Origin: Patescibacteria group bacterium
GTDB lineage: Bacteria; Patescibacteriota; Microgenomatia; UBA12405
Assembly: GCA_013387215.1 (NCBI GenBank)
Contig: WARW01000002.1
Span: 3,659 to 67,658 of the forward strand
DNA length: 64,000 nt
Direction: 5' to 3'
Shown: positions 25,297 to 32,484 of the stretch, piece by piece
Layout: the number at the start of each line of letters is the position of its first letter
Position numbering within the stretch: position 1 is the stretch's first letter
Translations under genes and position numbers: made by a program
Notes under the pieces: model-generated
The model's database searches: none
What the model saw: only the letters and a program-made list of their open reading frames with translations
What the model was told of the DNA's origin: nothing

Positions 25297-25373
25297 GTGT
25301 ATACAATTTATAAAATTATACATTTGATACATTGACCGCAGTTTCCTAAAATGTTTTACTTTTTTATTAAATA

Positions 25374-27953
25374 TTGGTCGAATATTTGAGGAAAATGTCA
25401 AAATTTAGTTTATCTTTAGGTAAAAAGTTAGTATATAAATTGTATAAAAAGAGAGATGGATTGGTCCAAATCCCTTTAATAATTGGATTAGTGGTAATGG
25501 CTGTGGCTTTGCCGTTAGTAACAAAATTGACTCAACAGAACACTGAAAATAGAAGTAAAGCGTATGATGGATGTTCCGGTGCACCGCAACAAGCTTGTCA
25601 GTATATGAGTAACTGCACATGGAATGGAAGTAGTTGCACTTCCATAAAAACTTGTGCTTCTTGCAATGGAAATACGAGGTGTAGTGGAGATGTGGTTACT
25701 GTTTGTAATTGTGATGGTAATTGGGTTGGTAATACTCCCTGTGCCAGCGGTACTCATTGTGATAGTTCAGGTACTCATTGTGTAGCCTCAGCTCCAGCAG
25801 CAACTGCAACCCCAAGGCCTAGTGATTGCCGTACTTCAGGATGTCCATCAGGACAGACTTGTACAAGTGATGTCGGAATTTGGGACTGTGTTCCTAATCC
25901 AACTGCAACACCAAGACCTGCAAGCACTGGTGATTGTAGGACAAGCGGTTGTGCTAGGGGAACATGTACAAATATAAATTATATGGCTGGCCGAGAAGGA
26001 TCTCCGGCTGTTTATGTTTGCGTTACACCAACTCCCGTTCCTCCAACAGCAACTCCAAGACCTTATAATTGTCCTTCTAGGTGTAGTAGCAATAAAGGTT
26101 GTGCTACTGTAACTTATCAAAGTACTGATTCTGCCTGTAATAACGTTATTAGTGGAACACAAAACTACACTCCAAATTGTTCCTGCGGTCCTGTCTCTGG
26201 TGGTGATAATTCTATTTGTCAGCAAACCGGTTGTAAAAAACCAAATGGTGAGTCGTGTTCAACAGGTTCTGATTGTGCAAGTGCCATATGTTTTTCTGGT
26301 AAGTGTTCAGCTGCTGATTGTAGCGGTGGTTATGGAAACAAGCCTAATTCTTGCTCTTGTACTTATAGTTTCGAATGTGATTCAGGTAATTGTGTTAGCG
26401 GAAAATGTGTTGCTTCTGGTTCTTCAAATCCAACTTCAATACCAACTCAAGCTACCCAACACTATACGGTTTATAAAAATGGTTCTTGCCAGACTTCAGC
26501 TAATGCATATGTCAGTTTGACAGCATGTAATAATGATCCGCCAGTAAATAATTGTTACTCAAGCATGGCGGCTTGTAATAGTGCACATCCAGCAACTCCA
26601 ACCCAACACTATACGGTTTATAAAAATGGTTCATGCCAAACTTCTATAAATGAATACACAAGTTTGACAGCATGTAATAATGATCCGCCAGTAAATAATT
26701 GTTACTCAAGCATGGCGGCTTGTAATAGTGCACATCCAGTTGCTTCAGTACCAACATATACATGTGAAACAAACGGCGATCATTGTTATACCACCCAAGT
26801 TAATGGAAGCATTCCAACTTCCTGTTTAACCTACACTAATACATATAAACAATTGTATGGAAGCGGTTCTGGTACTTGTGCTAGTGGACTTTGCTGTAAG
26901 ACACCTGTTGCTTGTACATGTTCAAGCGGCTACTCAACTTCAGTAACTAGCTGTCCATCAGGATCCACTTTAGATACGACAAATTCTCTAAGTTGTGGAT
27001 CTGGAGTTAAATGCGGTAAGTGTATCACTGCAACTTCTACTACTGATCCTGAATGTGTTGGTCATGCTAACAGCACAGGATTTTGTTCAGGAACAACTTA
27101 TTTAAGATGCGAAGCAGGAAAAGTAGCTTACACTTTGGCTAATGCTGCAGCTTGTCCAGTAACTCCAACTGATGCTTGTAATAATTATGGAAGCAGTATT
27201 CCAACTTGTATGAGCCAGTCCAATTGTACTTGGAATGGAACTGCCTGTGTAACTAAGCCAGTGTGCGACAAACTATGCGGCAGCAATAAATATGGCGACA
27301 TTGTTTGTAGTGGAAATGCAGTTAAGATTTGTCAATGTGATGGAACTTGGAGCAGCACAGTTCCATGTGCCAGCGGATTAGTTTGTGACAGTACGGCAAC
27401 TAAATGTGTAGCTCCGGCAACTGCTGACCCTGGTATCACTTTTTCTAATTTTAATGTAGTGGCTAATAGTTCAACATCCGTGAGAGTGACTGGCAGTATG
27501 ACAGCAACAAATGGCGGATTATTACAAATGTATTGGTTTAAAGTAGACGGTAATGACATTCAAAAGTTAACTTTGCAAAACCCTGATGGAAATGGCGGTT
27601 TTGTGGGAAGAACTTCATATGATTTCACCAATATTTCCGTAAATAATTTAAGTACTGGAAATCATAATGTTGCAGTTTGTGGAACTGTAAAATCTACTGA
27701 TGGCAGTAAGGAAGTGAATGCTTGTACTGATGTAAAAGCTGTAAGTTTAGTAAATCCTCCAACTGCAGCACCAGGAAGATGCGATGTTTGTTCAACATTT
27801 GCTACATCAAGAAATAATGGAGATTTTGATTGTAATGGAACTTCGAACTTAACAGACTTCTCAGTATGGAAAGATCTGTATTTTAATTGTTCAGGAGTAG
27901 TTTCAACTAATGATTTTTCCATATGGAAGGAAAAATATCTTATTAATAAATAA
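25374..27953 (+). CDS. large Cys-rich modular secreted/surface protein with PT-rich linkers, internal tandem repeats, a C-terminal beta-sandwich-like domain and a dockerin-like tail
   Basis: 859 aa. N-terminal TM/signal segment (IPLIIGLVVMAVALPLV). Two ~65-aa Cys-rich modules (CxYMSNCTWNGSxCT...C.CDG.W....PCASG..CDS....CVA) near the N- and C-terminus. PTATPRP linkers. 2 x 49-aa tandem repeat. C-terminal GDFDCNGTSNLTDFSVWK ... DFSIWK resembles paired dockerin Ca-binding loops and helices. Confidence 0.55.
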   Translation: MVEYLRKMSKFSLSLGKKLVYKLYKKRDGLVQIPLIIGLVVMAVALPLVTKLTQQNTENRSKAYDGCSGAPQQACQYMSNCTWNGSSCTSIKTCASCNGNTRCSGDVVTVCNCDGNWVGNTPCASGTHCDSSGTHCVASAPAATATPRPSDCRTSGCPSGQTCTSDVGIWDCVPNPTATPRPASTGDCRTSGCARGTCTNINYMAGREGSPAVYVCVTPTPVPPTATPRPYNCPSRCSSNKGCATVTYQSTDSACNNVISGTQNYTPNCSCGPVSGGDNSICQQTGCKKPNGESCSTGSDCASAICFSGKCSAADCSGGYGNKPNSCSCTYSFECDSGNCVSGKCVASGSSNPTSIPTQATQHYTVYKNGSCQTSANAYVSLTACNNDPPVNNCYSSMAACNSAHPATPTQHYTVYKNGSCQTSINEYTSLTACNNDPPVNNCYSSMAACNSAHPVASVPTYTCETNGDHCYTTQVNGSIPTSCLTYTNTYKQLYGSGSGTCASGLCCKTPVACTCSSGYSTSVTSCPSGSTLDTTNSLSCGSGVKCGKCITATSTTDPECVGHANSTGFCSGTTYLRCEAGKVAYTLANAAACPVTPTDACNNYGSSIPTCMSQSNCTWNGTACVTKPVCDKLCGSNKYGDIVCSGNAVKICQCDGTWSSTVPCASGLVCDSTATKCVAPATADPGITFSNFNVVANSSTSVRVTGSMTATNGGLLQMYWFKVDGNDIQKLTLQNPDGNGGFVGRTSYDFTNISVNNLSTGNHNVAVCGTVKSTDGSKEVNACTDVKAVSLVNPPTAAPGRCDVCSTFATSRNNGDFDCNGTSNLTDFSVWKDLYFNCSGVVSTNDFSIWKEKYLINK
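26457..26750 (+). repeat. 2 x 147-bp tandem DNA repeat inside the CDS (encodes QHYTVYKNGSCQTS...MAACNSAHP modules)
   Basis: Copy 1 starts ~26457, copy 2 at 26604. The 3' ~77 nt of each copy is identical. Confidence 0.8.
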
Positions 27954-27957
27954 TTAA

Positions 27958-29166
27958 ATGTTCAACAGCAATAACATGAAAAAAATAAATTACACCGCCG
28001 TATTCTGGGTACTGACAAGTATGGCACTAATAGGTGGTTTAGCATTGGCAAGCCAGAGCCAAGATACGAGAAGGGGAGCGGCATTTTCAGCAGGCAGGTT
28101 AATGCTTTTACCAAACGATAAAATCAGCTTTACTGTTGGTCAATCCCAAAACGTTCAATTATGGGTAAATTCAGGGAATGCATCGGCTAATGTTGATGCT
28201 ATTAGAACCAATATCTGTTTTAATAAGAACTTTCTTAATTTAAATGATCCGGTTGTGGAAAATAATATTAAACAAGATCCAGCTTTTGATACTGTGATCG
28301 CAACTTTAAAAGATGGAAACACTCAATGTTTAGATTTATCAATATTATCAGTATCTAAGAAAGCATCAAAAAATGGATTATTTAAGATTGCTGATATCAC
28401 TTTTAAGGGTGTAGGAACAGGATCTGGTCCAATTGATATTATTAAAGATAAAACTGAAATTTCAGGTGACAATGCCGGTAGTTTAGATAAAACAATTAGT
28501 ATTGATTCAGTTACCGGAACTACTTTTGAAGTTACTCCTCAAACTTCAGTAGCAGTACCAACTACACCGCCACCAGCCGGAACACCACTTTTAAGTTTTA
28601 GATTTGCTTATGCGGGCGTGAAGGCAAATGCAGAGTGTTCTATTGGAGCAAAATGGCCAGTAAAGATTATGGTTAGGGGAAATGGAAAAATTTCAAAAGC
28701 TTATACTGCAATTCCAACTTTGGATGGAACAAATTCTCGAGGAGAGGCTGTTTATAAAGTTACAAATTTGGCTTTAACTGATTTCGATCAAAAAAGTGGT
28801 TTGGCTGTTTTTTTGAAAGGACCAGAACACGCTCAGATGAAATATGGAGTTAATGCACAGGCTAGTAACTACACAAAAGCAGATGGAGAAATAACTATTA
28901 CCGCTGATGCATCTACAACTCCAATTTTGGATTTTACTAATTATCCAATAATGCCAGGTGATGTTCGAGGTTCAGCAAGCGGTGGCCAAGATGGAATAAT
29001 AAATGTAGTCGATTTTAGTTATATTAAACAAGCAGTGTCGGCCAGATCTACTGTTCCAGCTGGTGGTGGTTTGGATGCTGACTTAAACGGAGATTGTATG
29101 GCAAATACCGGCGATGTTCAGTTATTTAAAAATTCCCTTATTGAGAAGCAGGATCAATTGTATTAA
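27958..29166 (+). CDS. secreted protein with an N-terminal cohesin-like domain and a C-terminal dockerin-like module
   Basis: Signal/TM (VFWVLTSMALIGGLALA). Cohesin-like hallmarks (TVGQSQNVQLWVNS..., ...GLFKIADITFKGVGTGSGPIDII). C-terminus QDGIINVVDFSYIKQ ... DLNGDCMANTGDVQLFKN fits the D-x-N-x-D-G-x-x-N-x-x-D Ca-loop pattern twice. Confidence 0.45.
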   Translation: MFNSNNMKKINYTAVFWVLTSMALIGGLALASQSQDTRRGAAFSAGRLMLLPNDKISFTVGQSQNVQLWVNSGNASANVDAIRTNICFNKNFLNLNDPVVENNIKQDPAFDTVIATLKDGNTQCLDLSILSVSKKASKNGLFKIADITFKGVGTGSGPIDIIKDKTEISGDNAGSLDKTISIDSVTGTTFEVTPQTSVAVPTTPPPAGTPLLSFRFAYAGVKANAECSIGAKWPVKIMVRGNGKISKAYTAIPTLDGTNSRGEAVYKVTNLALTDFDQKSGLAVFLKGPEHAQMKYGVNAQASNYTKADGEITITADASTTPILDFTNYPIMPGDVRGSASGGQDGIINVVDFSYIKQAVSARSTVPAGGGLDADLNGDCMANTGDVQLFKNSLIEKQDQLY

Positions 29167-29184
29167 AAATTTTATAAGGCAATT

Positions 29185-29811
29185 ATGAAAGACAATGAAA
29201 TTTTAAAATTATTTATCCCGCTTGTTGCAGTAGTGGTAATTTTTGAAAGTGTTTTGTTAGTTTCTAAATTAACCAATAAAACTCCAAGCGTGCCGAGAAC
29301 TGTAAATAATGTAAGTGTAAATGAGGCTGGAAGTTCGGCCCAAGTTTCTGAAAATAAACCTGTGGCTCTAGATTTACTTTTCGGAACAAAAACTAAGGAA
29401 ATGAAAGTTGGTCAAAGTTATGCAGTTGAAGTGGATATGCTTGGAAAAGATAATTATTCTTTTGATGGTGCAGATTTGTATGTTAAATACGATCCAAGTG
29501 CTTTTAATGTTAGTAATTTAAGTTTTGATAGCAAAATACCAAAACCAACATTTAGTAAAGTTAGCCAACAGAAGGGAATGGTAGTTGCTAATTATTTATT
29601 CCCATCTCAAAATGGTTACAGAATTGCGAAAAATGAATTTGCTTCAGTAATGAAATTTGACGTAACTCCCAAGAAGCTTGGAAATTTCGATTTTGAAATT
29701 ACTACTGGTAATCAAGACAAAGAATCTGCTACCATGTTTATAGAAAGTGTTACGAGTCAGGCTCTACCTTTCTCCAGTAATAAATTAAATGTTAATGTTT
29801 TGAATAAATGA
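29185..29811 (+). CDS. membrane-anchored cohesin-like domain protein
   Basis: N-terminal TM (LFIPLVAVVVIFESVLLV). VGQSYAVEVDMLGKDNYSFDGADLYVKYDPSAFNVSNL matches the cohesin consensus (vGdtvtVpVsl...adf.lkYDPsvLev). TGA stop overlaps the next ATG. Confidence 0.45.
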   Translation: MKDNEILKLFIPLVAVVVIFESVLLVSKLTNKTPSVPRTVNNVSVNEAGSSAQVSENKPVALDLLFGTKTKEMKVGQSYAVEVDMLGKDNYSFDGADLYVKYDPSAFNVSNLSFDSKIPKPTFSKVSQQKGMVVANYLFPSQNGYRIAKNEFASVMKFDVTPKKLGNFDFEITTGNQDKESATMFIESVTSQALPFSSNKLNVNVLNK

Positions 29812-30509
29812 GAAAGTCAAGTCTTTTTATAAGCATATTTTTTCTTGGAGCATTTTTAGTATTAGCTAAAGGCAGTAAAGCTACTTTTGCTGCTCCACAC
29901 TTAACATTAACTCCTAGTACTGGAACTTATAATGTCAATGATACTTTTACAGCAACTGTTGGAGTCGATTCAGATACTGAAGGTTCTAATGCTGTTGATG
30001 TGTGGGCAACTTTTGATGCAACAAAATTAGATGTCGTTTCAATAGTTAAAGCTGCTGTGCCAGCATTTAATTTTGATATGACTCCTCATTTTGACAATAC
30101 TACGGGTAAATTTGATTTTTCATGTTCTCCAAGCGATATGAGCAATTTGAGCATTAAACCAATAAAAGGGGATTTGGCTGTAATTACTTTTAAAGCCAAA
30201 GTGGCTGGAAATGCTCCTGTGAATTTTACTTGTCAACAAGGAGTAACAATTGATTCAAATATTTTTAATGCTACTGCTTCTGATGTAATTAGCTGTCCCG
30301 CAAACCAAAGCGGATCTTTCACGATTGGTGCTGCAACAACTACAACTGGAACAACAAATGCTCCTGCAGCAACAACAACAACAACAATTGCGGCCACAAC
30401 TGCTACATCATCTGAGTTGCCAAAAACTGGTAGTCTTAGTACTACAATTGGTTTAGCTACTTTCGGATTGGTGAGTGTTCTAGGCGCATTTCTTCTGAGA
30501 TTTCTATGA
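29808..30509 (+). CDS. cohesin-like domain protein with a C-terminal LPXTG sortase cell-wall sorting signal
   Basis: Signal peptide (LFISIFFLGAFLVLAKG). Cohesin-like core (VDVWATFDATKLDVVSIV...GDLAVITFKAKVAGNAPVNF). T-rich linker. LPKTG, then hydrophobic stretch SLSTTIGLATFGLVSVLGAFLL, then RFL tail. TGA stop overlaps the next ATG. Confidence 0.55.
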   Translation: MRKSSLFISIFFLGAFLVLAKGSKATFAAPHLTLTPSTGTYNVNDTFTATVGVDSDTEGSNAVDVWATFDATKLDVVSIVKAAVPAFNFDMTPHFDNTTGKFDFSCSPSDMSNLSIKPIKGDLAVITFKAKVAGNAPVNFTCQQGVTIDSNIFNATASDVISCPANQSGSFTIGAATTTTGTTNAPAATTTTTIAATTATSSELPKTGSLSTTIGLATFGLVSVLGAFLLRFL

Positions 30510-31273
30510 AAGGTAAGATTAATCTAAAAACTATTATTGTTTTTGTAATATTGATTTTAGTGGTGATTTTAAGTGTTTTGGGGGTGAAAACTGTTAGAAC
30601 ATATATGAGTGGAGCAACAGCAGGAATAGAGCCAAAAAATATTCAAGAAGTTTTAAGCGACGATGGAAAGAGTGCTACTATTACTTGGGTTTCTGACAAA
30701 GAGTCGATGGGTACTGTTTATTATGGAACCAATGCTGCCAGTATTCTTGTAACGTCAATTGAAAGTACTCAAACTACTAATCATGCTGTGGTTCTAAATA
30801 ATTTAAGAGCCAATACTAAGTATTATTTTAAATTAAAAATTGAAGAGTCTGATTTTGATAATAATGGTATGCCGTTTAGTTTTACTACAAAAGGTTCGAG
30901 TGATGCTAATACGGATACACCAGAAAGGATGCCTAGTCGAGTTATGAATAATCCATCTCCAGAAGTGTCTTCACCATCAGGTATGGTCTTATCTCCAACA
31001 ATTGCCTTGTCTCCTGTTTCTACAACTTCAAGCACAACATCCCCATCATCAGGTGCAGCTTCATGCAATAAATCAACTGACTATAATAATGATGGAGTTA
31101 CAAATACTATGGATTATTTATATTGTATGAAAAATGGAAGTGGCGGCAGTACAACTACAGCGGCTCCGACTGGCGCAAGTGTGGGTGTTTGCAAACACGA
31201 TGTAGATTATAATAATGATGGAATCGTAAATACTTTAGATTATATTAAGTGTTTACAAAGCAACAAAAAATAA
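30506..31273 (+). CDS. membrane-anchored protein with an FN3/purple-acid-phosphatase-N-like domain and two canonical dockerin-type Ca-binding loops
   Basis: N-terminal TM. ITWVSDKESMGTVYYGT...TKYYFKL is FN3-like. DYNNDGVTNTMDY and DYNNDGIVNTLDY match D-x-N-x-D-G-x-x-N-x-x-D exactly, each bracketed by Cys residues. Confidence 0.5.
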   Translation: MKGKINLKTIIVFVILILVVILSVLGVKTVRTYMSGATAGIEPKNIQEVLSDDGKSATITWVSDKESMGTVYYGTNAASILVTSIESTQTTNHAVVLNNLRANTKYYFKLKIEESDFDNNGMPFSFTTKGSSDANTDTPERMPSRVMNNPSPEVSSPSGMVLSPTIALSPVSTTSSTTSPSSGAASCNKSTDYNNDGVTNTMDYLYCMKNGSGGSTTTAAPTGASVGVCKHDVDYNNDGIVNTLDYIKCLQSNKK

Positions 31274-31310
31274 GGTAAAATACTGACGTTTGTTAAAAGG
31301 AGGTGAATTG

Positions 31311-31529
31311 ATGCCAATTATAGTAAAAAAGAAAAAAGGTGAATCAAAAGATGATATTATTGGAAAATTTAGAAGATTGTGTCTTGAAGAAGATATAACT
31401 GAAGAAGTACGCAAAAGAACTTCTTACACTAAACCTTCAGAAGAACGATATGCTAAAAAGAAGATAATCATTTGGCGTGAAAAATGTCGCCGAAAAGCTA
31501 AAAATTCAAGAAGACATGATTCGAGATAA
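31311..31529 (+). CDS. rpsU: 30S ribosomal protein S21
   Basis: MPIIVKKKKGESKDDIIGKFRRLC...YTKPSEERYAKKK resembles S21 ([27 protein letters not shown]...YEKPTTERKRAK). Strong RBS AAAGGAGGTG upstream of the ATG at 31311. Confidence 0.8.
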   Translation: MPIIVKKKKGESKDDIIGKFRRLCLEEDITEEVRKRTSYTKPSEERYAKKKIIIWREKCRRKAKNSRRHDSR

Positions 31530-31953
31530 ATTAAAGCTAGACAGTATGACCGCTTTAAAGAATCGTGATAACGCACGGGTGGATGTGTTGCGGTTTTTGA
31601 GATCGTTAATCGATAAAAAAGAACTTCAACTGCCACCCGGTGGCTTGAATGAAGCTGAAGAAATAAATGTCTTGCGAAAAGAATTAAAAAATAAAGAAGA
31701 GTCGAAAGAAATGTTTGCTAAGGCAGGCAGAGAAGATTTGGTTAAACAAATTGACTATGAAATTTCGATTGTAAAAGAATATTTACCCGAAGAATTAACT
31801 GAAGAGAAAATTGCCCAGACAGTTGATGAAGTAATTGCTGAAAAAGGTGCTAATTTTGGATTGGTAATGAAAGAAGTAATGACAAGACTTGCTGGTGGAG
31901 CTTCAGGAGACTTAGTTTCTAAAATTGTCAAAGAAAAAATAAGTAAATTATAA
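31477..31953 (+). CDS. yqeY: GatB/YqeY domain protein
   Basis: 158 aa, GTG start overlapping the rpsU 3' end (alternative ATG at 31516). LKNRDNARVDVLRFLRS... matches the YqeY N-terminus. rpsU-yqeY adjacency is as in Bacillus. Confidence 0.65.
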   Translation: MKNVAEKLKIQEDMIRDKLKLDSMTALKNRDNARVDVLRFLRSLIDKKELQLPPGGLNEAEEINVLRKELKNKEESKEMFAKAGREDLVKQIDYEISIVKEYLPEELTEEKIAQTVDEVIAEKGANFGLVMKEVMTRLAGGASGDLVSKIVKEKISKL

Positions 31954-31965
31954 AGTTTTTGAGTT

Positions 31966-32331
31966 GTGGAAAATATTGTATTAATTAAACATCCAAAAAA
32001 TTGGGGACTTGATGAGAGTTTAGTTTTGAGATTGGCAAAAAAAGCTTTGGAGAGCAAAAATTACAAAAATAATATTGAATTAAGTATATTTTTTGTGGGA
32101 AGAGGTAAAGCTAAAAAATTGAACCAAGATTATCGGCAAAAAGATTATATTCCCCAAGTTTTGGGTTTTCCGATGTCAAAAGAAGTTGATGCAGATGGAA
32201 TGATAAGACTTGGAGATATTGTGATTTGTACGCAAAAATTGAAATATGAAGTGGTGTTTCAAAATAAAACTTTAGAAGAAGTGTTGTATGAATGGTTAGT
32301 GCATGGAGTGGAGAATTTGATGAAAGGTTGA
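31966..32331 (+). CDS. YbeY-like protein with an incomplete His-triad (likely non-catalytic or divergent endoribonuclease YbeY homologue)
   Basis: Aligns to YbeY (YRQKDYIPQVLGFPM vs YRGKDKPTNVLSFPF, LGDIVIC, W..HG). The protein ends HGVENLMKG* where YbeY has HGxLHLxGYDH, so only the first of three Zn-ligand His residues is present. Confidence 0.55.
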   Translation: MENIVLIKHPKNWGLDESLVLRLAKKALESKNYKNNIELSIFFVGRGKAKKLNQDYRQKDYIPQVLGFPMSKEVDADGMIRLGDIVICTQKLKYEVVFQNKTLEEVLYEWLVHGVENLMKG

Positions 32332-32351
32332 GATTAAATTTTTCTAGTAAT

Positions 32352-32397
32352 GTTTTTTCTCACGGTGAATGTGTAACCACGTTCAAAGTTCAAAAAA
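32352..32397 (+). promoter_or_regulatory. conserved leader element, copy A (hairpin gaatgtg-taac-cacgttc followed by aaagttcaaaaaaa)
   Basis: Similar to 38833..38879 with two compensatory base-pair changes in the stem. Lies in the dnaX 5' region. Confidence 0.35.
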
Positions 32398-32484
32398 ACA
32401 CTACTTAAAAAATTATTCACTTAAAAAAAGTTGATATAGTAGAGCTTAGTGTATTTTTGATAGGATTTTTATTAAAATCTATCA

